Assembly: GCA_951406725.2 (NCBI GenBank)
Contig: OX597821.1
Coordinates: 61,690,001-61,754,000 of the forward strand
DNA length: 64,000 nucleotides
Direction: 5' to 3'
From: Octopus vulgaris
Taxonomy: Eukaryota
Part shown: one piece after another, positions 51,169 to 64,000 of the stretch
Layout of the letters: each line of letters starts with the position of its first letter
How positions within the stretch are numbered: the stretch's first letter is position 1
Program-made: the position numbers and the translations under genes
Notes under the pieces: generated by a model
What the model was told of the DNA's origin: nothing
What the model saw: the letters and a program-made list of their open reading frames with translations, nothing else
The model's database searches: none

Positions 51169-52260
51169 TTAGTATTCCTGGCCCAGGGTGTTTAAACTTG
51201 GTCTAAATTTTTTTATGAAATATAGTTCTTTATTTTGGCGTTGTGTGAAGGTTGCGTTGTCACTGAATTTATAGAGCGGGTTAGTTGTAAATTTCGGATT
51301 TACATTTCCAGCACATCTATCTATGTGTCCGCTGACCGGTATTTTGCGGTAATCAGGGTTTCTAATTTGTGATTTATGCACCGCCATCCTGTTACGTAAG
51401 CTATTTTTTGTATGGCCTATATACTGCCTATTGCAGCCTGCGCATGTTATGACGTAAATTAAGTTTTCTGATGCGCAGATGAAGTTTGTTCTAATGGTGA
51501 ACTGGTGGCCTTGTTCCAGTATAAATTCTGATCCTTCTTTCAAGATGACACAGATTCCGCAGTTGGGCCTTCCACATTTTCTAACTGCTGGTTTTGTGGT
51601 TGATGTTGAGTGCAGTGTAGCTTGGGTTAAAATCCTTTTCAAGGATTTTGGTTGCCGTTTACTTTTAATGATGGTGTGTGTTTCGAGGATCCGGTTCATC
51701 TTTGGGTCTCCCTTTAGTAGGACTGTGCTTTGTAGTATGGTGTTGAAGGCCTCATTGTTGAGTGGGTTGTGTGTAGAGATGTAGGGAAGGGTTTTTAATT
51801 GTTCTTTCTTTTTTGGTTTTGTTTGTCTCAGGTCTTCTATACTTAATTTAAGTACCCGTTGGATTGCACTGTCTATTAGGGGCTGTTGATAGTTTCTATT
51901 TGTGAGTGTGGTTCTAAGTTCCTGGAGACGTGTGTGTCGGGTGTTTGTGTCTGATATTATGGTGCAAATCCTTCTAGCTAAACAAAAAGGGACATTCATT
52001 CTAGTGTGTCGTGGGTGGCATGAATCAAAGGGTAGGTACTGTTTAGAGTCTGTCGGTTTATAGTAGATATCTGTCTCTATTTTGTTGCCGGTTTTCTTAA
52101 TGAGGATGTCTAAAAATGGTAATTCTTTTTCGTTGTGGTCCATCGTGAATTGTATATTGTCATTTATTCCATTTAATAGAATTTTAAATTCCTCAAGTTT
52201 CTCTATGCCTTTGTCCCAGATGATGAAACAGTCATCGAGGTATCTTTTCCAGTTGTTATA
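51169..52260 (-). CDS. PLE polyprotein C-terminal part: RT (YLDD, thumb) + Cys linker + GIY-YIG endonuclease; 5'-truncated
   Basis: Frame is open from 52260: WKRYLDDCFIIW..IQFTM..LPFLDILI..YYKPT..SCHP; CGRPNCGIC; NLIYVITCAGCNRQYIGHT..R..H..E..LN. Confidence 0.93.
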   Translation of the reverse strand, partial: YNNWKRYLDDCFIIWDKGIEKLEEFKILLNGINDNIQFTMDHNEKELPFLDILIKKTGNKIETDIYYKPTDSKQYLPFDSCHPRHTRMNVPFCLARRICTIISDTNTRHTRLQELRTTLTNRNYQQPLIDSAIQRVLKLSIEDLRQTKPKKKEQLKTLPYISTHNPLNNEAFNTILQSTVLLKGDPKMNRILETHTIIKSKRQPKSLKRILTQATLHSTSTTKPAVRKCGRPNCGICVILKEGSEFILEQGHQFTIRTNFICASENLIYVITCAGCNRQYIGHTKNSLRNRMAVHKSQIRNPDYRKIPVSGHIDRCAGNVNPKFTTNPLYKFSDNATFTQRQNKELYFIKKFRPSLNTLGQEY

Positions 52261-52313
<53 letters not shown>

Positions 52314-52415
52314 GGAGTAAACACATAAATGTGAAACAAGGTGAAAAAAAGAGTACTCAAATACCAGTGGTAGAGTAATATGCTTTATTTTAAGCAGCAG
52401 AAAATTCAACAAAAT

Positions 52416-52453
52416 CTGTTACTCTGAGTTTCTCGTTGCCGTTCATCAGACAG
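52416..52453 (-). ncRNA. Type I hammerhead ribozyme motif
   Basis: Identical motif to 45381-45418. Confidence 0.75.
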
Positions 52454-54325
52454 TTTTTGCTAGAATGGAACTTATATATTAATTCAATCTATACTCTTAC
52501 AAACGCTACACCTTTAAAAAGAAATGGACTTGTTTGATTGGCCCTTTAGAAAAAACGGTCAATCTTCGAGCGATAAACAAAAAGGTCAAAAATATATGTA
52601 TATATATAAAAACTTATAAAAATTATAAAATCCGAGGAAAAAACCGAGGAAAAAAAAAACCTATTGCCGTTAATGAAGACAGTACAAATTAATGCATAGA
52701 AATTAAACCTGTTATAAATACTGCAATACATATTTATATTAAAATCCACATATATATATCAACATACACAAAAGGATGCGCGTAAACGCCATACATACAT
52801 ATACAGACGTATGAATATGAATCTAAATATACACATAAAAGCATGTGTACATATATTCACGCAAACCGTCTCGCACGCAAGCTAAAATTCATCTATGTAG
52901 CAATTCTCATATACTGAGCAAGGAGGGGGAACGAAAGAAAGGGAAAGAGAGAAAAAGGAACGAAGGAGGGGTGGGGAAAAAACTTGTAACGATGTTATTG
53001 GCATCTATAGAGGCCAGTATACATACACAAGTTTGAATTGATACATATACATACCGTCGTGTATATGTGTGCTTAAAGCACAAGCATACTTTCACTTACA
53101 CATACACAGATACGCATGCTTACAAATACATATGCTTTGCTATACACATACTTATATAAACATTCTAATTTTGACAACATTGCTTTTTTTTAAAAAAAAC
53201 ATTGCTTTTAAAAAATGGGTGCATTAATAAAAATATATACGAAAGACATATAAAATAAAATATAACATCCTATTTTGGGTCATTTATAAATAATCAAGGT
53301 AATATAAATAATCAAGGTAATCCTATGCAATACAATAACATGAAAACAAAGTTTGTAGGTTTTTCCTAATATATATGTAGAAACAATAAGACTTTGCTAT
53401 AGATCCGTCGTAGCGCTCAAGAGTCAAAATCAAAATCAAAAATCAAAATACAAAATATATACTCTATCCATATGGTATATTTATATTCGACATTTTAAAT
53501 TTAGCCGCGTGCCTACATAAGTTCATTAACTCACTTCTTTGATTCAAAGAATTATTGTCTCTTTTAAAAGCAATGTTTTTTTTAAAAAAAAGCAATGTTG
53601 TCAAAATTAGAATGTTTATATAAGTATGTGTATAGCAAAGCATATGTATTTGTAAGCATGCGTATCTGTGTATGTGTAAGTGAAAGTATGCTTGTGCTTA
53701 AGCACACATATACACGACGGTATGTATATGTATCAATTCAAACTTGTGTATGTATACTGGCCTCTATAGATGCCAATAACATCGTTACAAGTTTTTTCCC
53801 CACCCCTCCTTCGTTCCTTTTTCTCTCTTTCCCTTTCTTTCGTTCCCCCTCCTTGCTCAGTATATGAGAATTGCTACATAGATGAATTTTAGCTTGCGTG
53901 CGAGACGGCTTGCGTGAATATATGTACACATGCTTTTATGTGTATATTTAGATTCATATTCATACGTCCGTATATGTATGTATGGCGTTTACGCGCATCC
54001 TTTTGTGTATGTTGATATATATATGTGGATTTTAATATAAATATGTATTGCAGTATTTATAACAGGTTTAATTTCTATGCATTAATTTGTACTGTCTTCA
54101 TTAACGGCAATAGGTTTTTTTTTTTCCTCGGTTTTTTCCTCGGATTTTATAATTTTTATAAGTTTTTTTATATATATATACATATATTTTTGACCTTTTT
54201 GTTTATCGCTCGAAGATTGACCGTTTTTTCTAAAGGGCCAATCAAACAAGTCCATTTCTTTTTAAAGGTGTAGCGTTTGTAAGAGTATAGATTGAATTAA
54301 TATATAAGTTCCATTCTAGCAAAAA

Positions 54326-54363
54326 CTGTCTGATGAACGGCAACGAGAAACTCAGAGTAACAG
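54326..54363 (+). ncRNA. Type I hammerhead ribozyme motif
   Basis: Identical motif to 45381-45418. Confidence 0.75.
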
Positions 54364-54395
54364 ATTTTGTTGAATTTTCTGCTGCTTAAAATAAA

Positions 54396-54440
<45 letters not shown>

Positions 54441-54589
54441 TTATGAGAGGTAATGGTGTCAGTAAGACACGAAGGTGTCAGGTGTAACGCTGAGTAAGTG
54501 CTATGGATAGACCATAGTTAAGCTCCAGGTTCGGTGATTCTGCGAATAAGGGGTCCAACGTAGGTCATATATCAGCATGTGTATATATA

Positions 54590-55157
54590 AATTTTTTTCA
54601 GAATGAGATAAAAAAAGCCAAAACTGTGAAGATTTGAGAACATTTATAAATAGGTTTTGCAGTTGTTTCCTGGATATATATTATATCCCTTCATCGGAGA
54701 CGATGTGATAAAATGATTAAGCAATGGTTAATTTAGATAAGATACGAACTAGAGAGTGAAATGGAGGAATGAAAAAAAGATGTGAGATATTCATGGATAT
54801 TGCATTTGTAGATCCATTATTTTGGCAGAATGGTATACATATGAGATTCCAATACCTTGTGAGTAAACTCCAATAGCATTTACTCACAAAGTATTGGAAT
54901 CTCATATGTATACCATTCCGCCTAAATAATGGATCTACAAATGCAATATCCCTGCATATCTCACATCTATTTTCATTCCTCCATTTTACTCTCTAATTCG
55001 TATCTTTTCTAAATTAACTATTGCTTAATCTTTTTATCACAACGTCTCCGATGAAGGAATATAATAAATATCCTGGAAACATCTGTAAGACCTTCTATTT
55101 ATAAATGTTCTAAAATCTTCAGAGCCTTGGTTTTTTATCTCATTATGAAAAAAAGAT
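54590..55157. repeat. ~570 bp fold-back palindrome (inverted pseudo-LTR) with 11 nt loop
   Basis: Arms 54590-54867 and 54879-55157; loop ctccaatagca. Confidence 0.85.
55044..55091 (+). ncRNA. Type I hammerhead motif (CCGATGA core)
   Basis: gtct-CCGATGA-aggaatat(aataa)atatcct-g-GAAA-ca(tc)tg-TA-agac; decayed mirror copy at 54654-54701. Confidence 0.65.
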
Positions 55158-55506
55158 TGTACATATACATATGTATTTATGTATGCATACGCATATATTT
55201 ATGATATAAGGCGATGTTTCAATCAGAAGTTACATGGTATTTGATATTTTTCCAAAGAAACATTTTTCATATCAGATAAAATTTACAATTTTAATTTCCT
55301 CTTAGCTTTATTAGTAAAATGTCTTCGAATTCTTTGAACGCAATATTAAATCAAATCAAGGATATTTATTTTTATACCATTTGGCAAGCAAAATCCTACT
55401 CACTTCAAATGAATATGTTGAATTAAGCGAACTGTCAGTTATTTAAGCAGAAATGACATTTGCCTGCGTTTGTTTTGATATTTTTTCCTTTTCAATTCCT
55501 GTCTTA

Positions 55507-55542
<36 letters not shown>

Positions 55543-55565
55543 TACATACACACACACGCGCGCAC

Positions 55566-55725
<160 letters not shown>

Positions 55726-58700
55726 ATATACATATATGTACAGACATGACTTTTTAATTTTCTGTTTTGTTGGCAAAATTTTCTTCAATCCTCTTTGAAA
55801 TTATTAAACTAGTTATTCAGTATTTTCCAAATTTAACAATTCGGTTATATTTTCAAAGGCAAATGTATTTCTTTAATTAACTGAAATCTACGACTGTTTT
55901 CAAAAGATTTTATATTCTATTTGCAGCACCAAATGTATAATATCCCTTTGTAAATTTCTACTGACCAAAACGAAGTAGACGGAACCAGACTGCTGCCTAT
56001 ATCGATTCCGAATATTATTAAATGAAATGAACTCCGTCGTGGCTTTTACGTGTCTACCGATCAATCTACTGGGCGTTTACTGAGGGAAATATAACATGCA
56101 TACATCCGTAATTACAAGGCTTCTTCGCTCACTACAATGTTATCTGAATGATTATTATAATTCCATGGGCACGTGGCTACTCACTCTAAGTATCAATTTC
56201 TGATAGTCACGAAAATTCCGAAGGAAAATAAAGAGTACTACGTATCAAATCGGTACATATATTAATTAACAGTTGCACTTGGTACGTATATCATATAACA
56301 ATAAAAAAGAGCGGTACATGTATTATATAACACTTAAAATACGACTTACGTTTTCGGTTTATATGTGTGTATATCTTAAATAATTTCTCTACAAGAAAGC
56401 ACATCAAACTGTAAAAACCATCATATTGCATGTACACAAACCTTAGTAACGCACTGTCTTGTAAGTATATATATGTATCTATGATATATTTTCCTTAATG
56501 GTACTCCTTTATACATTTATATTCTTGGGTATATGATATATCACAATTTTGTAAATAATAATAATAATGGTATTTTTATATAAGGTTAAAGCTTATGGCG
56601 ATCACCGTGCAATGATTAAAGAAAATAGTCTAATAACGGGGCATAGAAGCCCTCGACAGAAAAAAGGCTTTCCTCGCACCGAAACCATCATTTTATAAGC
56701 GCTGAAAGTTTCTGTTTCCATTATACAACCAACACGATAAGCATGATTGCAAATTATCTGTAGTAAGTTTTGAATATCCAATTTTGATAAGAAACCACCC
56801 TACATTTGACAAATTATTGAGTGTAGGATATTAAGATGTTTGTTCTATATTTAGATTAAATATTCCACCTTGGTTGCGTAAGATTCTGTCTTTGATAAAA
56901 ATATATCTTTTATGATATGGTAATTTATTACATTTTAAGTTATATATATGTAATGTAATACATGGTAAGAGATATACGTAAATGATAGCATAACGCTACA
57001 AAGATGTTAACATACCATGAGTTACTTACTGCGACAGAAATCCAAACGTAAGCGATTCAGTACAGAGATGCAAGTTAAAATATGCAAATTCATATTTGAA
57101 TATTTATATAGGGAAATGTTATGTAGCAAAATCCGTGTGCAAAGTGTTATGCAACACATTTTCTGTGTCTGATCTCTGCTGTTTAATGTCATTAAGTTCA
57201 CTCACCTTCAATTGACTGTCGTATCACCTAAAATGTTTTTTTACTATGGTTACTGATCAGAATCCTATATCACATGTTTATTCATTCGCAAATAAATGTT
57301 TCTTGTGTGTATGAGTGTGTATATGTGTGTGTTTGTGTGTGTGTGCATGTATGTGCGTGTTTTTGTGTGTATGTATGTGTGCGTGTCTGCGTGAGTGCAT
57401 GTGTGTATGCGTGCGTGCATGTGTGTTCGTGTGTGCGTGTGTGTGTGTATGTGTGTATGTGTGTGTAACTGTGTATGCGTGAGTGTGCATGTGCGCACGC
57501 GTAGAATGCTGTATTGTTACTTTAGAATTTATGTTTAGTCATTTTTCTTTCCTCTTACGGACCGAAACTTCTACATAATTTCCAAGTTTCCTTTTTGAAG
57601 TTACCCGTTTCATTGTTTTCTGTCTCATTTGATCTTAAATATTATCAGATGTTTCGAAACCTTTTTGTTCTATTAATTCACTCTTCCACTTTTCGCATGT
57701 CAATTGGCTTTTGTCGGTTGAAAATTTTAATCTACTTTGTCTTTATTGATGTGGTGCATGAACGATTTTTCTATCTTGGATTTCGCACTTATTCTGGAAA
57801 GTTTGCCTCTTTAGAAGAAACACATCTTATGGTTTCTCAGTGCATAGAGGACATGCGTAAGCAAATCAGTAACAAATCCCCGAATATTGATGACTTTTAA
57901 TTCACAGCAAACCAATTTACATATACGTTTGCCGACGTATAATTATTTATCATCAACTCACTTTATATTGGTACTGTAGTATATATCATTGCGCTGTATA
58001 CCATTAAGTATTATACTAATGAGCCGTGTTTGACAGCCTTATATCCGATTTCATACATAAATATCTCCTGCACTGTTTCGACATCTTGGCTGCGAAGTGT
58101 AAGAAAACGCGTTGAATTGTCAAATGATAGGGAAGCCAGTTGGTTTGTTATTCATCCGAAATAGCACAAAGCATATATATATAAAATAAATCAAGGAAGA
58201 CAGGTTATGCTGAACCTACTATTTCATTTTTATTTTTATTTTTAAACTTATACATTGTCTGCTAAATTCGGCTCTTGAGTCGATGTTGTTGATGACAGTC
58301 TAAATTTATTACATAGCTGTGAACCAGTGATTGTCATCATTCAATGACCTGTAGTTACAGGTCTTGATGGGAATTCATATTAACCTCAGTCAGGGCGGTA
58401 AATTGACAAGCAAGCGAGATTGACGAACAAAATGCTTTGTTGTGTTAATTCAAATCTGTTTTGTATTTCATTATTAAGCATCAGAAAATAAATAGTACTT
58501 CAGTAGTGCACACTTATGATCAACTAAAAGGAGTAGTAACGTCTACGGCATTATCTGTATTATAAAGAATTAAATTATCACTTGAGTTATTTCTTTATAT
58601 ATGAACCCAGAGTACGTCGAAGAATTTATAGCGTCGCCAGCATTAAATTTCATTACGCTATCCTTTCTTAGATACGCACACATGGAGACACACACGCAAA

Positions 58701-59848
58701 CACACATATAGATATATGTACATTATACATATGTGTGTGTGTGTGCGCACAACAAAACAGCTAGTAAGGGAATCGCTAAGTGATTGGTAAATCTCTAAGA
58801 AATCTACATAAAATTTCGTTAAAATAACGAAACACCGTACAATATAAACGGGAGGGCGATATATATGACATACATAAAATAAAAACTCAGGATTGTGATA
58901 GCAGAATTATTGATATTATTTTAGAGTGTGCTCTATGAAATCGAACTCAGATTAAACAAATAAAATCTCCATGAAACACCATTGCGTTTTAACTGTAGCA
59001 TACATAAAATTTATACATATGTCTACATTGATTACTTTTTCACAAAACTTCGTCGAAGATCACTAAATATATTCGATTCATTCTGTTGGCAGGAGACCAC
59101 AGAAATACAGAGGTTTCGTATGGGAAATTGGAATAACTCCAATGTATTATCGATATCGTTTGTATTGACTCCGGATGAATGAAAGGTGAATTTGACCCTG
59201 CTCTTATTTGAGCTCAGAAACTACCAGAAAGAAAGCAAACACTGCAGAGTAATTATTCCGCTTTGATTTCAGTCAAAGGTTGACTGTACTAACACAGAAA
59301 TATCAAGAGAAGTTTTTGCTTAATTGCTGAAATTCTCACTGAAATTTTATCATGTCATTATTTATCTTACTTTCGAAAGGACATGCATTTTTTAAAAAAC
59401 TGTAGTCTTCTAGAGTTGCTTGTTAAGCAGGTTTGCTACCATCAGGAAGCACAAAATTATTTCAAGTCGATGAGACACACGGCTCACGACAATAAAAATA
59501 TTGGTGTCTAAAATTAAATGTTCCACCTAATTTAGGAGTAAAACATTAACTTGTTCTTTGCCGCCATTCATTATGAAGGAAGTTTGCCTCTTGGTACACT
59601 TGAGGTGCGGTATTTAGAAAGTGGGTGAATCTTCCATGTATTAATATGTATTGTCTTTGCGACAATGTAAACTTTGATTTAACCAAGATATCTTTGGCCT
59701 GGCGAATAGCCTGCAGTATACATCATGCCAGGATATTTACCAATTCGGAGGGTCTGCCCGCTATGATACATATGCCGACCGGATCTTATCTACTCACAGA
59801 TGTACGCATATACACATACATATGTATACATATACATACATACATATA

Positions 59849-59902
<54 letters not shown>

Positions 59903-60724
59903 TATATATACACATATATTCACATATACATATATTCACACAGGCACACAAACTTGTGCGACCCACATACATGCATATACATGCGCGTACCCATAAACCC
60001 ACACATACACTTCCGCACCCTCCCATGCACAAGGACTCACATGCATACGTATATCCACCCCCCCCCCAAGCACACATATAATTGAACATATGCACATACA
60101 CATTCCTGCCTCTCGTTAGGGGAAAGTAAAACGTTCATGTGTAAAAGAAATTATATATCAGCTGAGTGTCCATGAGTGTATGTATCTGTGCATTTATCTG
60201 TGTAAATGTTCGCGGATTGCTAGAGGTTTACTTTGGGGCTACATACGAATGCGTTTGTTATTTCAGTATTAATACATATACTTTGAAAATATATTAAAAG
60301 TGCTTCTGCCATCGCACGGTTCACTCTGCTATAGTTTATGTTTGCATACCTGTTGCCACCATGCAAACGCTACCAGTTGCCGGTGCAAGTGCTACCAGTT
60401 AAAAGCTCTGCTTACAAGATGCTAGTAAGTATGTGGGGTCATCAGGAGAGAACCTCTCGGGTCTTACCTCTCGATGGCATCATTGCAACCGGCCTTCCTG
60501 AAATGAGTCCTCGCTTGCTAGATAAACAGGTTTCGCTCAATATTCCTGTAGCCATTGCTCATCGTCTCATTTTAACCAAATCCAGTGGCTTGCCTTTTCC
60601 ACTATACTTTGGATATTACTCTTGTCCGTATTTGTTTTACGGTGAATTAGACCTAACGATAACAATAATCACCTCCTTCTGAATTTATGTGGGCCTGGAC
60701 GTTTTCAGTAGTTAATGTTTGCTA

Positions 60725-61071
60725 CTCTAGGCACAAGGCCCCGAAATTGCCTTGAAGGGGCCAGTCGATTACGTCGACTCCAGTAATCACGAAATTATGA
60801 AAGGCAAAGTCGACCTCAGTGGAATTTGAACTCAGAACGTAACGGCAGACGAAATACCTATTTCTTTACTACCCACAAGGGGCTAAACACAAAGAGAACA
60901 AACAAGGACAGACAAACAGATTAAGTCGATTATATCGACCTCAGTGCGTAACTGGTACTTAATTTATCGATCCCGAAATGATGATGAAAGGCAAAGTCGA
61001 CCTCGGCGGAATTTGAACTCAGAACGTAGCGGCAGACGAAGTACGGCTACGCATTTCGCCCAGCGTGCTAA
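60725..61071 (-). mobile_element. SINE family B with duplicated body
   Basis: Reverse complement of 1297-1640. Confidence 0.85.
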
Positions 61072-61454
61072 CGTTTCTGCCAGGTCGCCGCGTTTCAATT
61101 AATATGCATTGCTTGCTGAGATATACGCGTCTGAACGTAATTGCCTTTATATGAATTTCTTCGTAAACACTTGGTACATGTTTACGATATTTTGCGACCA
61201 TGTACACTAGTGTGTTGTTATTGTGGGTTCTGTTTCTTTTGTCAATGCATAGATAATGTGAGTATATACAATTATGGCTGTTTTTATGATTCTGTGTGCG
61301 CATACACTATGTGTAACACGGATGCAGGAAATATCTGTACGTTTGCTACTGCAAGTGTATATATGGTACTTGGTAGAGTTACCTTATAAAATCGACAATT
61401 GTATATTTTTTTAGTATTATCATATTTAGATATAAATACAAAACAAATCAGTTA

Positions 61455-64000
61455 AAACTCTATATATGCTCAACAAATACATCAATTATTCTATGAAGGA
61501 GTCCCTAACTTGCATAGCGAAAACATGCATCCAACCATCCATTCATCAATCCATCCGTCTGTTTAAATACTGAACAGATGCACCAGATATTCTATGCAGG
61601 AGTCCCTAACTTGCATACCGAAAATGTTTAACCGCTCTACAAACTCTATATATACTCGACAAATACAGCAGTTATTCTATGCAGGAGTCCCTAATTTGCA
61701 TACAGAAAATGTTTAACCGCTCTATAAAATATATATATACTCAACAAATACAGCGGTTATTCTATAAACGAGTCCCTAATTAACATACAGAAAATGTTTA
61801 ACCGCTCTACAAAATCTATATAAACTTAACAAATACAGCAGTTATTCAATGCAGAAGACCTTAATTTGGATACCGAAAATGTTTACCCGCTCTATAAACT
61901 CTATATATACACAACAAATACAGAATTTATTCTATACAGGAGTCCCTAATTTGCATACCAAAAATGTTTAACCGCTCTATAATCTCTACATATACTCAAC
62001 GAATACAGCAGTTAATCTATGAAAGACTCCCTAATTTGCATACCGAAAATGTTTAACAGCTTTATAAACTCTATATATACTCAACATTTACAGCACTTAT
62101 TCTATGCAGCAGTCCCAAATTTGCATACCGAAAATGTTTAACCACGTTATAAAATCTATATATACTGAAAAAATACAGCAGTCATTCTGTGCAGGAGTCC
62201 CTAATTTGCATAACGAAAATGATCAACCGCTATATAAACTCTATATATACTGAAAAAATACAGCAGTCATTCTGTGCAGGAGTCCCTAATTTGCATAACG
62301 AAAATGATCAACCGCTATATAAACTCTATATATACTCAACAAAAACAGCAGTTATTCTATGCAGGAGTCTCTAATTTGCATACCGAAAATATTTAACCGC
62401 TCTATAAACTCAACAAAAAGACAAGTAATTCTATGCTGGAGACCCTAATTTGCATACCGAAAATGTTTAACCACTCTATAAACTCCATATATACTCAAAA
62501 AATACAGCAGTTATTCAATACAGGAGTCCCTAAATTGCATATCGAAAATGATTAACAGCTTTATAAACTCTATATATACTCAACAATTACAGCACTTATT
62601 CTATGCAGGAGTCCCTAAATTGCATATCGAAAATGATTAACAGCTTTATAAACTCTATATATACTCAACAATTACAGCACTTATTCTATGCAGCAGTCCC
62701 AAATTTGCATACTGAAAATATTTAACCACTCTATAAAATCTTGATATACTCAACAAATACAGCAATCATTCTGTGCAGGAGTCCCTAATTTGCATAACGA
62801 AAATGTTCAACCGCTATATAAACTCTATATATACAAATACCGAAAATTTTTAACCACTCTATAAAATCTATATATACACAACAAATAGTGCAGTTAATTC
62901 TATGCTGGAGACACTAATTTGCTTACCCAAAATTTTTAACCACTCTATAAAATCTATATATACTCAACAAATAGTGCAGTTAATTCTATGCTGGAGACCC
63001 TAATTTGCATACTCAAAATTTTTAACCACTCTATAAAATCTATATATACTCAACAAATAGAGCAGTTAATTCTATGCTGGAGACCCTAATTTGCATACAG
63101 AAAATTTTTAACTGCTCTATAAACTCAACAAAAATAGAGCAGTTAATTCTATGCTGGAGACCCTAATTTGCATACCCAAAATTTTGAACCGGTCTGTAAA
63201 ATCTATATATACTCAACAAATAGAGCAGTTAATTCTGTGCTGGAAACCCTAATTTGCATACCGAAAATGTTTAAAAGCTCTATAAAATCTATATAAACTC
63301 AAAAAATAGAGCAGTTAATTCTATGCTGGAGACCCTAATTTGCATACAGAAAATTTTTAACCACTGTATAAAATCTATATATACTCAACAAATAGTGCAG
63401 TTAATTCTATGCTGAAGACCCTAATTTGCATACCCAAAATGTTTAACTGCTTTATAAACTCAAAAAATAGAACAGGTAATTCTATGCTGGAATCCCTAAT
63501 TTGCATACCTAAAATTTTAAACCGGTCTGTAAAATCTATATATACTCAACAAATAGTGCAGTTAATTCTATGATGGAGACCCTAATTTGCATACCGAAAA
63601 TTTTAAACCGGCCTGTAAAATCTATACATACTCAACAAATAGAGCAGTTAATTCTATGCTGGAGACCCTAATTTGCATACCGAAAATGTTTAACCATTCT
63701 GTAAAATCTATATATACTCAACAAATAGAGCAGTTAATTCTATGCTGGAGACCCTAATTAGCATACCTAAAATGTTTAACCGGTCTGTAAAATCTATATA
63801 TACTCAACAAATAGAGCAGTTAATTCTATGCTGGACACCCTAATTTGCATACCGAAAATGATTAACCGCTCAATAAATCTCTATAATATCAAAAAATAGA
63901 GCAGTTAATTCTATGCTGGAGACCCGAATTTGCATACCGAAAATGTTTAACTGGTCTGTAAAATCTATATATACTCAACAAATAGAGCAGTAAATTCTAT
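61455..64000 (+). repeat. Tandem satellite, 85-86 bp unit, about 30 copies, runs off the window
   Basis: agtccc anchor at 61601, 61686, 61771 (85 bp); agaccc at 62995, 63081 (86 bp); some units lack the tctatatata segment. Confidence 0.97.

Larger units (their letters stand above)
50190..52260 (-). mobile_element. Young 5'-truncated Penelope-like element (Neptune-like)
   Basis: Uninterrupted RT/GIY-YIG frame plus ~1 kb 3' pseudo-LTR; both ends in (TA)n. Confidence 0.92.
52311..54396. mobile_element. Non-coding inverted pseudo-LTR element with two hammerheads (copy 2)
   Basis: 52383-53210 is the reverse complement of 53562-54396; same outer ends as 43813-45451. Confidence 0.85.

Noticed and set aside
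61455-64000. CRISPR array
   Set aside because: Whole unit repeats with no unique spacers; eukaryotic context; no cas genes.

Overview
AT-rich, microsatellite-dense animal genomic DNA. The SINE families look like those of octopus/coleoid cephalopods (inference from recalled sequence). I found no intact host gene, and most ORFs in the track are (TA)n/(CA)n artefacts. Two layers stand out. (1) Once repeats are removed, nearly all the remaining 'unique' DNA from base 1 to about 61.4 kb translates on the + strand into decayed leucine-rich repeats (LxxLxLxxNxI/LxxLP), full of stops and frameshifts. There are several NPLxxPP-type cap motifs and a death-domain-like segment at about 34.6-34.8 kb. This reads as the fossil of one or two very large LRR(-death domain) genes. 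(2) On top of it sit many transposons: CR1/Crack-like and RTE LINE fragments, four SINE families, a full-length mariner, Tc1, hAT and Helentron-type fragments, and a dense cluster of Penelope-like elements (PLEs). The PLEs are inserted in (TA)n and carry more than 12 type I hammerhead ribozyme (HHR) motifs, several inside long inverted repeats. The window ends in an 85-86 bp satellite whose unit may derive from one LRR module. All motif calls were made by eye, and the boundaries of decayed elements are approximate.
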